A stretch of DNA of 62,134 nt from Clostridia bacterium (lineage in GTDB: Bacteria > Bacillota > Clostridia > TANB77 > CAG-508). The notes under the pieces were generated by a model. It ran no database searches. It was not told the origin of the DNA and was given only the letters and a program-made list of their open reading frames with translations. Of this stretch, positions 31,279-41,558 are shown in pieces (position 1 is the first letter of the stretch; every line of letters starts with the position of its first letter). Position numbers and translations under genes: made by a program. The DNA is taken from positions 1 through 62,134 of the forward strand of contig JAFRDD010000003.1 in NCBI GenBank assembly GCA_017404025.1. Reading direction: 5' to 3'.

Positions 31279-31804
31279 TATATATCCCCCCTTCACTATA
31301 ATTTTTAATTTTCTCTTTTGCTCTTTTTAACTTACTCTTCACAGTATTTACATTCATATTTAATATTTCTGAAATTTCACTACAAGAATATCTATTATTA
31401 TAAAACAACGTTATAATAAGCCTTTCTTCATAATTAAGTTGATTAATTAATAACTCAAAATCTAATTTTGAATTAATCATATGTATAGATTCATCTTCAT
31501 TACCTAAAACTGTATTAATCTCAACTTTTTCATAAATATCATTTTGTTTTTTTCTTTTTTTATAAATCAAATTACATTCATTTATAAGAATCTTAATAAT
31601 CCAACTTTTAAATTTAGAATTATCTTTCAATTTTTTCAATTTTTTATAAGCAATTATCATCGTTTCCTGAATTGCATCACCTATATCGTCATCACTATTT
31701 AATCTTGTTTTAGCTATTCTATATAAGTCATTTTTTATAGAATGTATTAATTCTGTAAAAGCTTTAGAATCTCCTTTTTTAGATTTGGCAACTAGTTCTT
31801 CCAT
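31271..31804 (-). CDS. ECF sigma factor
   Basis: DAIQET, FKSWIIKILINEC, TVKSKLKRAK. Confidence 0.9.
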   Translation of the reverse strand: MEELVAKSKKGDSKAFTELIHSIKNDLYRIAKTRLNSDDDIGDAIQETMIIAYKKLKKLKDNSKFKSWIIKILINECNLIYKKRKKQNDIYEKVEINTVLGNEDESIHMINSKLDFELLINQLNYEERLIITLFYNNRYSCSEISEILNMNVNTVKSKLKRAKEKIKNYSEGGIYNE

Positions 31805-32029
31805 TCCCAATCCTCCTTTCATTAATTTTTCTACTTATAAGATGTTATATTTTAGTAATTCAGTTGCCTAATTTACTTTTTTTATTATAGCATAAAAAAA
31901 ATCACAAATTCTATTTATAAATTTATGATTTTTATTATCCAATTTATCATTAAATATGTACATCTAATTGTTATACTTTTAATATAATAAATATTTATTA
32001 CTCTTACTGTTTTTATTTTAATATTTTAA

Positions 32030-32488
32030 TTATTCTTTTATTTGTTTTTCCTTTAAGATTTTAATATATTTATTCTTTAGTTCTGTAAATTTTTTTAACA
32101 TTTGATTATCTAAAATTATATTCTTATCTTTATAAGATAATTTATTACAATAATAATTATTCTTATATGTTATATATTTGATAATTTCGTCTGGTGATAT
32201 TTTATGTACCATTAAGCAACAAAAATCATAAATGTTATTACTAAGTACTTCTAATTCAATTGAAGAAATATCAATATTTCTTTTAACTAAATCTAATTTA
32301 ATTTGATATATTATTTCTTTTCTTTGTCTTTTTGAAAAATACTTTTTATATATATATTTAAAATTTAAAGAAGCTTCTTTTTTTAAATACCTCGATACTA
32401 TATATTTTTCCATTTTATAAGTAATACTATTTATTTCTTGTAAATCTATATCTAAAGGTTCAATTGTTTGTTCTAATTCAAGACACAT
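32030..32488 (-). CDS. Hypothetical protein
   Basis: ORF with an AAGGAG RBS. Confidence 0.5.
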   Translation of the reverse strand: MCLELEQTIEPLDIDLQEINSITYKMEKYIVSRYLKKEASLNFKYIYKKYFSKRQRKEIIYQIKLDLVKRNIDISSIELEVLSNNIYDFCCLMVHKISPDEIIKYITYKNNYYCNKLSYKDKNIILDNQMLKKFTELKNKYIKILKEKQIKE

Positions 32489-32767
32489 TTTTATACTCCT
32501 TTCACTATTTAGCCTTTGTAATTATATTATTAAGTTTTCATAAAATTTTTATTTTTTTCTAATGAAAAACTATGCAACTAAATTCATATATTTTATTATC
32601 TTTTTAATAGGTAACATTTTTAAAAATTATTCTATATTTCCACACAAAAATCTCCTTGCATATTTAATTACATTTTTAACAAAAATAATATAAACGTAAG
32701 GCTCTGTTACATTATAACATAGAAATTATAATAAAATCAAATAAAATAAAGAATATGGGGGATTAAG

Positions 32768-33010
32768 TTGAAAAAGTATAATAATAAAGCAAATGTATTA
32801 GGAATGCTTCTTAAAGAACATAGAGAAAAATTAGGACTTTCTAAAGAAGAAGTTTGTAGGCAAGTACAATTGCACGGAGTATATATACATCGAGTTGAAT
32901 TGTATAGAATGGAATTGGGACAAAGTATTATAAAAGATTTTGAACTAATTGCATTGTGCGAAGTTTTAAAAATAGATTATAATACTGAAGTTAAAAAGTT
33001 AATAGATTAG
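32768..33010 (+). CDS. XRE-family HTH regulator
   Basis: LKEHREKLGLSKEEV...E.G...DFEL..LCEVL. Confidence 0.8.
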   Translation: MKKYNNKANVLGMLLKEHREKLGLSKEEVCRQVQLHGVYIHRVELYRMELGQSIIKDFELIALCEVLKIDYNTEVKKLID

Positions 33011-33085
33011 AAATAGCAGAACTATGCTATTTTTTTATTTATCATAAAAAAAGACCTACTCTAAGCATAAGAGTAAGTCTTAAAT

Positions 33086-34159
33086 CTAAGCTACTTTATT
33101 TAATGTATAATTAACACTAAATTTTTCTTCAAAAATATCTTTAAATTCATCAATATATTTTATATCAATATTATAGTTAAGTGGTATTAAATTCCTAAAT
33201 ATACGATTTATAATATAATCTAAATTTTCATTTGCTTGTTTTAATCTTATAACAAAAGTAATATTCTTTATATTTGTTTTCTCAAGCTCTCTTAATATAA
33301 TATAAGAATTAGAAATATTTTGAAATGTAATTAAAGGTGTATCAAAATTTTCTCTAATTAAATTACCTAAAATAAAATTATCTGTTATTATAACCGAATT
33401 TGAATCTTCTTCTAGTTTACTTGTCATAAGAAAACTTTTTGCCTTTGTTCCATTTATTTTATTGTTACTAGAAAACCATATATCTTGATTATTATTAAAT
33501 GGTTTGTCTAAATGAATTGATAATCCCTGAATTAGGCCGTTTTTATCAAATACTGGAACAAAAAATCCTTCAAAACTATTAAAACACCATTTAAAATCAG
33601 CCTCTTGGAAAAATCCTGGAATCCCACAAAGATTATATTTTCTAGATAATGTTTTACAAATTAGTCTTCTTTTTATATAGTTTTTTGGTATTGACCTATA
33701 TAATCCATATTCTATTGAAGATTCGTGAAATCCTAAATTTCTTAAGTACTGTTTATGTCTTATTTCTAATTTTAACATACCTAAAAATGCTCTATAAATT
33801 GCATCTCTTATTTCAATATCTTCTATTGTATTAGTAGGTGTTATTTCTAAATTTGTCTTATCCATTGAATAACACTCTCTTTCTAGGAGTTCTTTTAAAG
33901 CTTGACCATTACTTATTTCTTTAACTTTAGCATATAAACCTGTAGAATAACCACCTGCACCACATCTACTACAACAATATTTATTATTTTGCAAATTTAA
34001 ACTTAATGTTGGTGTTTTACTTAATTTATTATACCCGCAAAAAGGACATATTGCTTCGTATTCATTTCCTCTTTGTTTAACTATTTCTATACATAAATGA
34101 TATGCTACATTTAATATATTTGTATGTTCTTGTACTGCCTCAAAATCTAAAACATTCAT
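33086..34159 (-). CDS. CHC2-type zinc-finger primase-like protein
   Basis: CPFC...CSRCGAGG zinc finger; the TOPRIM-like part looks degenerate. Confidence 0.65.
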   Translation of the reverse strand: MNVLDFEAVQEHTNILNVAYHLCIEIVKQRGNEYEAICPFCGYNKLSKTPTLSLNLQNNKYCCSRCGAGGYSTGLYAKVKEISNGQALKELLERECYSMDKTNLEITPTNTIEDIEIRDAIYRAFLGMLKLEIRHKQYLRNLGFHESSIEYGLYRSIPKNYIKRRLICKTLSRKYNLCGIPGFFQEADFKWCFNSFEGFFVPVFDKNGLIQGLSIHLDKPFNNNQDIWFSSNNKINGTKAKSFLMTSKLEEDSNSVIITDNFILGNLIRENFDTPLITFQNISNSYIILRELEKTNIKNITFVIRLKQANENLDYIINRIFRNLIPLNYNIDIKYIDEFKDIFEEKFSVNYTLNKVA

Positions 34160-34174
34160 AATTTACAATCCTTT

Positions 34175-34342
34175 CTATTTTCTATTCCAATAGTATATAA
34201 TCTCATTATTACACTTTACTGTAAATGTTCTTCTATCTACATACTTTTTATTAAGCTTTTTTAATTCTTCTACAAACTCTACTAGATCCTCCCAATAACG
34301 ACAATTAAGTAGCGCTTTTTGTTCTTTATATAAAGTAAACAT
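34175..34342 (-). CDS. Small hypothetical protein (55 aa, missed by the ORF track)
   Basis: MFTLYKEQKALLNCRYWED...; AAGGAAG RBS; fills the operon gap. Confidence 0.5.
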   Translation of the reverse strand: MFTLYKEQKALLNCRYWEDLVEFVEELKKLNKKYVDRRTFTVKCNNEIIYYWNRK

Positions 34343-34357
34343 TATAATTCTTCCTTT

Positions 34358-35221
34358 CTATGCTGCAAGTTCTATTTCTTGCACTTCAAAATTTTCTATT
34401 TTTTGAATAAAATCATCAGCACTTTTTTGTATCTTATTACCTAAATCTATAACGTTTTGTGTGTCTCCATGAACCCATTTAAGTACATAATTAAAACTAT
34501 AGCCTGAAGTATCTAAATAAAAATGATCAGCCACAATGAAAGTTACTGATTCAACAAATGCTTCAGATAAATCTCTATCTTTTGAATAATCAAAATCATC
34601 ATACATACAATGTGTTAATTCATGAATTAAAGTTTTAACTTTATGATTTATTGATAAATCTTGTTTTATAGCTATTTCTTTTCTAGATTTACTATAATAA
34701 CCGTTTACACCAAGTTCCAAATTTTCTTCAATTACTGAAACAGGACTAAATTGTTTTAACTTTTCGTATAGTTCCTCTTTGTCATTTCCTTCTAGCTTTT
34801 GACAAGTCAAAGGAATTTCATCACCTTCAGTTTGAGATATATCGTAAACATATGTATATCTATATGCATTATATTGTACGATTTTTTCTTTTTCTACTTC
34901 TTCCCCATTCTCTATTACTTTTACCTTTGTTTTGTAATTTCTAGGTATCGGTGCAAGAATAAAAATTTTTTGAGCATCCTTCCTAACATTTCTATTTAAT
35001 TTAAGCCATTTACCTTTTCCTGCAACATGTGTTGCTTCTGGAAATTGTGAAAATATAAGTATTAAATTATTAAAACTATATTTATTTTTTAATGCCTTTT
35101 GAAATTTTAAAAATTGTTCGTATTTTCCATCATCTACAATTTTTTGCAAGTTATTTACTATTTTTTCAAACACTTTTTTAGTTTGATCTTTTCTACTAAT
35201 ATTATTTGATTTCCTTTGCAT
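34358..35221 (-). CDS. ArdC-like ssDNA-binding / metallopeptidase anti-restriction protein
   Basis: YSFNNLILI..Q..AT.VAG..W; YDISQTEG; HELTH. Confidence 0.8.
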   Translation of the reverse strand: MQRKSNNISRKDQTKKVFEKIVNNLQKIVDDGKYEQFLKFQKALKNKYSFNNLILIFSQFPEATHVAGKGKWLKLNRNVRKDAQKIFILAPIPRNYKTKVKVIENGEEVEKEKIVQYNAYRYTYVYDISQTEGDEIPLTCQKLEGNDKEELYEKLKQFSPVSVIEENLELGVNGYYSKSRKEIAIKQDLSINHKVKTLIHELTHCMYDDFDYSKDRDLSEAFVESVTFIVADHFYLDTSGYSFNYVLKWVHGDTQNVIDLGNKIQKSADDFIQKIENFEVQEIELAA

Positions 35222-35236
35222 AATCTATCATCCTTC

Positions 35237-36808
35237 CTATGCAACCATTTTATTTAGGTCGTATTTTACGATTTTTATTTCTTTTTTAGTTTGATATTTT
35301 AATTTTTTATCAATAAATTCTCTAAATCCTAGCCAATTATCAATAAAATTCAATTGTTCCTTTGTAAATTTTCTAGAGTGATGAGGTAGTTCTTTTTGAA
35401 TTATCTTATTTTCCTTAAATTCAAGCGTTATTAATGATTTTGTAATATCTTTTTTCATTCTAATAAAATAAATTTCTGTTTCTTTTTTTATATAAGGATT
35501 TAAATACATATAACCCACACAGTTACCTTGTTGTTTTCCTTCATCTTTCATACTATCAATACTTGTAGCTGGAAATATAATATATTTGTCATTTTCATAT
35601 GTGTATTTAGATAATTCATAATATCTTAAATAAGCTGCAAATTGTGTATTCATATCTTCAGTAATTTTTATTTTTGTTTGCAATTTATCATGCCTAGAAA
35701 ATAAATTACGTGGAAATAAATCCTTTTTAGATTTATAATTCAAAGCTAACTTATTTGCCATCTCTAAATAATCTTTATAGATATACAAATTATTTAATCC
35801 TTTAGGATAACTTTTTAATTTTTTTAATGGTATATATTTTTGAATTTCTTTTAAGGATTTATATGTATCTACGCTTATGTAACCATTAAACTTTTTAAAT
35901 TCCTCTAATATATCATTTTTTATTAAAAATTTAAGATAATTAAGATTATCATATCTATATTTATTTAGTAGTTCCTTGTCGTCTTTTTGAAATAGCTGCA
36001 ATAATCTAAGTTCTCTAAAATGAATATCATTATCTTGCATAAATTTTAAGAAACTTTTAGGAACTCCAAACCTTTTATAAAAACTACCTTTTTTATTTAA
36101 ATACTTTGAATAAAAACATAAATTATATAATTTCATATTCCAAAGCATCTCAAAACTTTCATATGCTGCAAGTTCCAAAACATCTAAAAAATTATACCTA
36201 TAATAAGAAAATCTATCTAAAAATTCGTTTATAGGAGCATACTCCATATTGGTACCTTTTAAAAGACGTTTTTTATTATATGGATAAGTAGGAAATTCTG
36301 TTAAACTATGATGACCTTGATATTTGTACCAACTTAATTTTTTATAACCATGGTAAACTCTAAAACCTCCAAACATTCCAATATATACATTATTGCCTAA
36401 GAATTTTCCAATGCCAGGCAATATTCTTGCATATTCAATGTAATGTGTTTTAATATTTTTATTACCTTCATAAAAATAAGAATATATTTCAAATACTCTT
36501 ATAACAATTTGCTTATTCATTCTTTGAACCAATAAAACAGACTTTTCAAACGATTTTCTGTAATAATTCATTCCAGATACTTCTGATTTTTGTTTACAAT
36601 TAGGACAAGGAATATAATCTTTAACTTTTATAGTTCTATTTATAAAAGTATTCTTACAATTAGTACAGTATAAATTCTTCATTTCTCTATCCTTTATTAT
36701 TATATGATGGGATTTTGTCTGTTTGTTTATAAACTCGTCCCAGTGCTTTGGCAGTTTGCATCTTTTATCAATTCTTTCCATTAAAATATCAATTTCTTCT
36801 TGTTTCAT
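35237..36808 (-). CDS. PcfJ domain protein
   Basis: CTNC/CPNC; YKDYLEM..FP..HD; EG.QQ.NCV. Confidence 0.8.
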   Translation of the reverse strand: MKQEEIDILMERIDKRCKLPKHWDEFINKQTKSHHIIIKDREMKNLYCTNCKNTFINRTIKVKDYIPCPNCKQKSEVSGMNYYRKSFEKSVLLVQRMNKQIVIRVFEIYSYFYEGNKNIKTHYIEYARILPGIGKFLGNNVYIGMFGGFRVYHGYKKLSWYKYQGHHSLTEFPTYPYNKKRLLKGTNMEYAPINEFLDRFSYYRYNFLDVLELAAYESFEMLWNMKLYNLCFYSKYLNKKGSFYKRFGVPKSFLKFMQDNDIHFRELRLLQLFQKDDKELLNKYRYDNLNYLKFLIKNDILEEFKKFNGYISVDTYKSLKEIQKYIPLKKLKSYPKGLNNLYIYKDYLEMANKLALNYKSKKDLFPRNLFSRHDKLQTKIKITEDMNTQFAAYLRYYELSKYTYENDKYIIFPATSIDSMKDEGKQQGNCVGYMYLNPYIKKETEIYFIRMKKDITKSLITLEFKENKIIQKELPHHSRKFTKEQLNFIDNWLGFREFIDKKLKYQTKKEIKIVKYDLNKMVA

Positions 36809-37222
36809 TTATGCAACACCTCCAAACAAAGAGATTTGTTCTACTTTTTTCTTTTCTTCCAATTCTTTTTTAGCTTTTTCCATAGAAACAACATTGTTCT
36901 TAGTTTGAGCATTTTCACTATCTTTATTAGTTTTAGCCTTTTTAGCTTTTGGTGTCTCATCAATTTTTAAGTATTTATTTGGTAAAGAAAAATACATTGT
37001 AGCCCAAGCATATACAATTTCATTCGTAATAAAATTCCATCCGTTTCTTGCATGTTTTTGAGCCATTTTTTTAATAAATTTACACATGTCTTCAAGATTC
37101 TTTTCATCTTTTAAATAATTTTGCTCCATATGTGGCATTGTAAGTAAATGTTCAACTACTTGCTTTAGTGCAAGGTCTTCTTGGTCTTTTACTTGTTCTT
37201 TTAATCTTTCAAATCCATTCAT
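36809..37222 (-). CDS. PcfK-like protein (AcrIIA9-related family)
   Basis: K.L..C.FI...A.K...VY.WA..YF and QISLF tail; adjacent to PcfJ. Confidence 0.6.
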   Translation of the reverse strand: MNGFERLKEQVKDQEDLALKQVVEHLLTMPHMEQNYLKDEKNLEDMCKFIKKMAQKHARNGWNFITNEIVYAWATMYFSLPNKYLKIDETPKAKKAKTNKDSENAQTKNNVVSMEKAKKELEEKKKVEQISLFGGVA

Positions 37223-37623
37223 TCTTTATTATCTCCTTCTACTTTTTTAAATCTTATATATAAATCATCTTGTGCTTGCTCCTTCATATATTTTTTATAA
37301 TTATTTATCCCATATTTAGCGATTTTAGCATTTTTTTCTTTTTGTACTGCTTCTAATACCTTATTTAGTTCGTAATAATTAAAAAAATAGGAGATAAGCC
37401 TACCATTACTGATAGCTTTATCTCCTTTATAATCTTTTATCACATTAAAACGATAGTGGTACTTCTTTTTCCCAGGATGATCTGCAATTCTAATGCCACA
37501 AGAAAGTCCATAATCCAATTTTAAATAAATTGAACTTGTAGTATATGAATTATACCTATGTACAATAAAATCTTTTTTTATTAACTTTGGTATTAAAGCA
37601 CTTGCTACTTCCTTTCCATTCAT
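37219..37623 (-). CDS. Hypothetical protein
   Basis: SIYLKLD..IRIADH; operonic. Confidence 0.6.
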   Translation of the reverse strand: MNGKEVASALIPKLIKKDFIVHRYNSYTTSSIYLKLDYGLSCGIRIADHPGKKKYHYRFNVIKDYKGDKAISNGRLISYFFNYYELNKVLEAVQKEKNAKIAKYGINNYKKYMKEQAQDDLYIRFKKVEGDNKE

Positions 37624-37626
37624 AAA

Positions 37627-37902
37627 TTATGCTGCTTCTTCCAAAATAATATGTTCTTGTAAGAACTTGATTTTATTTACTTTATGCTTAATCGTCTTTA
37701 TATATGGTTTTATAGCTTCTATTTTACTTTCAGGAATATTAATTTCTGTAACTCTAGCAACCTTATCTCCAAATATTGTAGGTACTAAAACATAGTCTCC
37801 AATTATCACTTTTGTATTTGTATAATAACTATATGCTTTACCTTCAAAAACTTTTGGAGTATAGTCGCTTTCATATTTTACACTTATTATATTAGTTTCC
37901 AT
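37627..37902 (-). CDS. Hypothetical protein
   Basis: METNIISVKY..YSYY..GDYVLVPT; operonic. Confidence 0.6.
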   Translation of the reverse strand: METNIISVKYESDYTPKVFEGKAYSYYTNTKVIIGDYVLVPTIFGDKVARVTEINIPESKIEAIKPYIKTIKHKVNKIKFLQEHIILEEAA

Positions 37903-38248
37903 TCTTTTTTTCCTCCAACTCTTCATAATACTCTTTTAATTCTTGTAATAATTTTTCCTTATCACATAATACATAAAAACCAGCCATTGGGTGAAAAGAA
38001 AGCATTATAACATCATTTAAATTAAAGTATGTATCTTTTATTTCTTGAATTAAGTCATCTGTTTCTTCAGTTATAATTTCTAATTCTTCTTTTTCTTCAA
38101 CTGGATCTAATTCTTTTTTAGAATACTCTAATTGTTCATTTAGATTATTAATTACATTTTGTGCTCTTCCAATAATTGTTTCATCATCGTTTTTAAAGAA
38201 GATGTCAGCACATAATTTTTCAAAATATTTATTTATTTGTTCTTGCAT
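37892..38248 (-). CDS. Hypothetical protein
   Basis: GAGGTG RBS; operonic. Confidence 0.55.
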   Translation of the reverse strand: MQEQINKYFEKLCADIFFKNDDETIIGRAQNVINNLNEQLEYSKKELDPVEEKEELEIITEETDDLIQEIKDTYFNLNDVIMLSFHPMAGFYVLCDKEKLLQELKEYYEELEEKKNGN

Positions 38249-38266
38249 AAAAACACCTCATTTCAC

Positions 38267-38722
38267 TTAAAATGGTAAGTCATCTGAAGCATAGAATTCA
38301 TCAGGTAACATTGTGCTTTCTTCATTGCTATTTGCATTTTGTTTGTTTGTACTATTTACTGGTGTACTACTAAACAATACACTTTCATCTGCTTGTTGTT
38401 TTTTCAAACTATCAGCGAAATAAATTTCTTCAGAAATAACTTCTGTTATGTAACGTCTTTGACCATTATTATCATCATAAGTACGAGTTTGCAGTCTACC
38501 ACATAAGCTTATTTGTAGTCCTTGTTTTAAGTATTTTTCCACAAATTCAGCAAGTTTTGAAAAAGCTACAATATTTATAAAATCTGCTTGTCTTTCTTCT
38601 CCCTCTTTTACAAATTTTCTATTAACGGCAAGTGTAAAATTGGCTACCTTAAAATTATTGGCTTGTGAATATCTAATATCTGGATCTTTTGTAAGTCTTC
38701 CTAATAAAATTACTTTGTTCAT
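38267..38722 (-). CDS. ssb: Single-stranded DNA-binding protein
   Basis: MNKVILLGRLTKDP...DDLPF. Confidence 0.95.
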   Translation of the reverse strand: MNKVILLGRLTKDPDIRYSQANNFKVANFTLAVNRKFVKEGEERQADFINIVAFSKLAEFVEKYLKQGLQISLCGRLQTRTYDDNNGQRRYITEVISEEIYFADSLKKQQADESVLFSSTPVNSTNKQNANSNEESTMLPDEFYASDDLPF

Positions 38723-38739
38723 ATTTTTTACCTTCTTTC

Positions 38740-39024
38740 CTAATTTTCTAACTTTACAACTATAAATTTTAAAATCTCGTCTGTAATCCTATAAATTCTT
38801 TGTAGTTCATAGATATTATCTGCATATGTATTAAATTGTATTAAATAATAATAAGCTTCCTTTTGTTTTTTTATTTCATATGCTAATTGTTTCTTACCTA
38901 AGTCTTCTACTTTTGTGATTTCTCCGTTTTCAGTAATATAATTCTTTATTTTTTCTAATACCTTAATCCTTTCATCTTTTGAAATATTAATATTAATAAG
39001 TATTACTGTTTCATATTTATTCAT
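38740..39024 (-). CDS. rpsF: 30S ribosomal protein S6 homologue carried by the ICE
   Basis: MNKYETVI...LGKKQLAYEIKK..EAYY...RITDEILKFIVVK. Confidence 0.88.
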   Translation of the reverse strand: MNKYETVILININISKDERIKVLEKIKNYITENGEITKVEDLGKKQLAYEIKKQKEAYYYLIQFNTYADNIYELQRIYRITDEILKFIVVKLEN

Positions 39025-39049
39025 ATTTTTTACCTTCCTTCCAATTTAA

Positions 39050-39466
39050 TTATGCTGCAATTTTGAAAATAATTCTTTTATTTCTTTCAGCATTTTTTTG
39101 TTTTATTTTTCTAATATTTGAATAATATTCTTCTAGAAATTCCTCTTTATTTTTTTCAACTTTTTTTAAATGTTTTCTTAACTTGAACATATTAAAATAT
39201 TTTTGAATTGCTCTTTTTTTCATAGATACAATTCTTTTCTTTTTAGTTGCTACAATTAAGAAAGTACCAAGAATGATACTATCTTTATATATCCTGTTGT
39301 ATTCTTCAAGACTAGCCTCTTTATTTGCGATTAACATTGTATTATCATCTAATTTTACTTTATATAGATTTTCTCCTATAAAAGATTTAATAAATTTGAT
39401 ACTTGCAGGAATCTTCATAGTTTGAACTTCTTTACCTGCCATTACTAATAAACATTTAATTTTCAT
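39050..39466 (-). CDS. Hypothetical protein (DUF3846-like)
   Basis: LIAN.E....NR....I.GTFLIV pattern. Confidence 0.5.
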   Translation of the reverse strand: MKIKCLLVMAGKEVQTMKIPASIKFIKSFIGENLYKVKLDDNTMLIANKEASLEEYNRIYKDSIILGTFLIVATKKKRIVSMKKRAIQKYFNMFKLRKHLKKVEKNKEEFLEEYYSNIRKIKQKNAERNKRIIFKIAA

Positions 39467-39530
39467 ATGTATTTTTTCCTTCCTTCTCTTAATAAATTAG
39501 AAAAAGACAGAAATAATCTGCCTTTTACAT

Positions 39531-41231
39531 TTATGCTGCTTTTCTAATTTCAGCATTGTTATTCTTATATAATTTAAGCGTTTTAAAAGATTTAATTACT
39601 GGTTTTATAACAGTATATAGTTCTCCAGTATTGTTTGAAATCTTTAAAGCTTGGCCTTTCTTTACAGTACAAGTAATTAATTGCGTATCTTTTGCATATT
39701 TACCTATAAAATCATAATCTGCACAACTCTCATAATCATCGATGAAAATAGGGAGATTAACTTTACTAATTTTATTGAACATATTAGCAAATTCTAAAGC
39801 CACGGCAATAGTCTCAGAACGAGATAAATCTGCTAATGGAGTATTTTTATAAGTAATTATAAAATCTTCCTTAATTTCTCCAGTAGTTTTTAAAACAGTA
39901 TAAAATTTAATATCAACATCTTTTAAATACTGTTTTGCTAATTTCATTTTTTCTTCAATATAGTTAATATACAATTTTTGTGCTACTTTTTTAGCTTGAT
40001 TTAAACTATCTATGAATTGTTTATATTTTGCTTTTTCTACATTAAATTTTGTAATATCATTTTTAGCATCTTGTTTAGTTTTTTCACGAAATGCAATTTC
40101 ACTATTAAATTTTTCTATTTCTAAGTTTTCCTGCTCTAATTCCTTAATGCTTTGTTCAATATCATGTATTCTCTTTGTTTTTTCAATAGTTGTATTGCCT
40201 TCCAATGAATGAAATATGCACTTTTCCTTAGTTAGTTTAATTTTTAAATCCTTTAATTGAGATTCAAGTAAAATATTTCTATTATACTGTATTATTAAAT
40301 CATGTTTCATATTTTCTATTGTCTTTAATTTACTCTCATTCTCAATATGCTGGTTACAAGTAGGGCAAACACATAAAGTTCCATTTTTAATTTGGTTATA
40401 TTTTTCTTTTCCTTGTCTCATAGATTTTGAAAGTTCATTTTGTTCATTCTCTTTGTCTAGTACCTCTTTTTCTAGCTTTACAATAAGTTCCTTTTGTTTT
40501 TCTTTATCTACAATATCTTTGTTAGTATTTAAAAATGAAAGCTCTTGTCTTGCAAGTGATAATTCCTCAATTTTATCAAATATTTTTTTACTATTAATTT
40601 CCATATTTGCAATGCTAGTAGCATAATCAATTTTTCCATCTAATGTAGATATAGAATTTTCGGCATTTTTTATGTCTGCATTTAGTTCAATAATAAAAGT
40701 TGGTATATTTTGAGGAATAGTCTCTAAAATATTTTTTTCTTCATTACTTAAATTATTAAATGCAATTTCCATTATGTCTTTAGGAGCAATATCAGATAAA
40801 TATTTATCTACTATTTCTTTTTGTTCTGCAGTTTTTTTTCCCAGAAAATATAGTGGATTAACAATTGATAAAAATAATTTTTTATCTTTATAAAAGCTTA
40901 CTAGTTCATCTTGTGTTATTACTCTTCCATCTAATAAAAGATAATTTTCTTTATTAGAATACTTGTGTTTAGCACGAATCAGGCTATGTTCAATATCATT
41001 ATTATCAGTAAATTTAACTTCGCAATATGATGCATCAGCATCTTTATTTATAAGACATATTTTTTCATTTCCATTTAAATTTGTGCCTAAAATAGTATTT
41101 ACAATGGCATATAATATATTACTTTTACCTGACCTATTTTTTCCTGTTATATTAGTAATATCGTATAAATCTGTTTCAAAACTCCCTTTGAATTTTCTGA
41201 ATCCAATAGTTTTTACATAATTAATTCTCAT
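39531..41231 (-). CDS. SMC/Rad50-like ATPase
   Basis: GKNRSGKS, coiled coil with CPTC hook, LSRSE signature, IFIDD. Confidence 0.8.
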   Translation of the reverse strand: MRINYVKTIGFRKFKGSFETDLYDITNITGKNRSGKSNILYAIVNTILGTNLNGNEKICLINKDADASYCEVKFTDNNDIEHSLIRAKHKYSNKENYLLLDGRVITQDELVSFYKDKKLFLSIVNPLYFLGKKTAEQKEIVDKYLSDIAPKDIMEIAFNNLSNEEKNILETIPQNIPTFIIELNADIKNAENSISTLDGKIDYATSIANMEINSKKIFDKIEELSLARQELSFLNTNKDIVDKEKQKELIVKLEKEVLDKENEQNELSKSMRQGKEKYNQIKNGTLCVCPTCNQHIENESKLKTIENMKHDLIIQYNRNILLESQLKDLKIKLTKEKCIFHSLEGNTTIEKTKRIHDIEQSIKELEQENLEIEKFNSEIAFREKTKQDAKNDITKFNVEKAKYKQFIDSLNQAKKVAQKLYINYIEEKMKLAKQYLKDVDIKFYTVLKTTGEIKEDFIITYKNTPLADLSRSETIAVALEFANMFNKISKVNLPIFIDDYESCADYDFIGKYAKDTQLITCTVKKGQALKISNNTGELYTVIKPVIKSFKTLKLYKNNNAEIRKAA

Positions 41232-41443
41232 ATTATTTTTTTTCCTTTCCTTTTTTTATATGGCTTTCGTAAATAATCTTGTTCAAACCAGTCTTCTGTT
41301 TCATCACGGAATTTAACGCAATAATCTTTATAATAAATATCACGTTCAATAACTTTGCCTGGTTTATCTTTATAGAATTTTCCATCTTTCTTGCCAATTC
41401 CATATACAATTACTCTTTCGCCATATTTAAACTCATTTTTCAT
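41228..41443 (-). CDS. Small hypothetical protein (SH3/KOW-like)
   Basis: MKNEFKYGERVIV; AAGGAG RBS. Confidence 0.5.
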   Translation of the reverse strand: MKNEFKYGERVIVYGIGKKDGKFYKDKPGKVIERDIYYKDYCVKFRDETEDWFEQDYLRKPYKKRKGKKII

Positions 41444-41558
41444 TGTATATTTTCTCCTTAAAAAATTATTTTTTGAACTTGACATTTCACTTTTTATTTG
41501 TAATAATATTAAAAAAGTTACATATCAAATTAAGTAGTAGATTTTTGTTACCACACAT

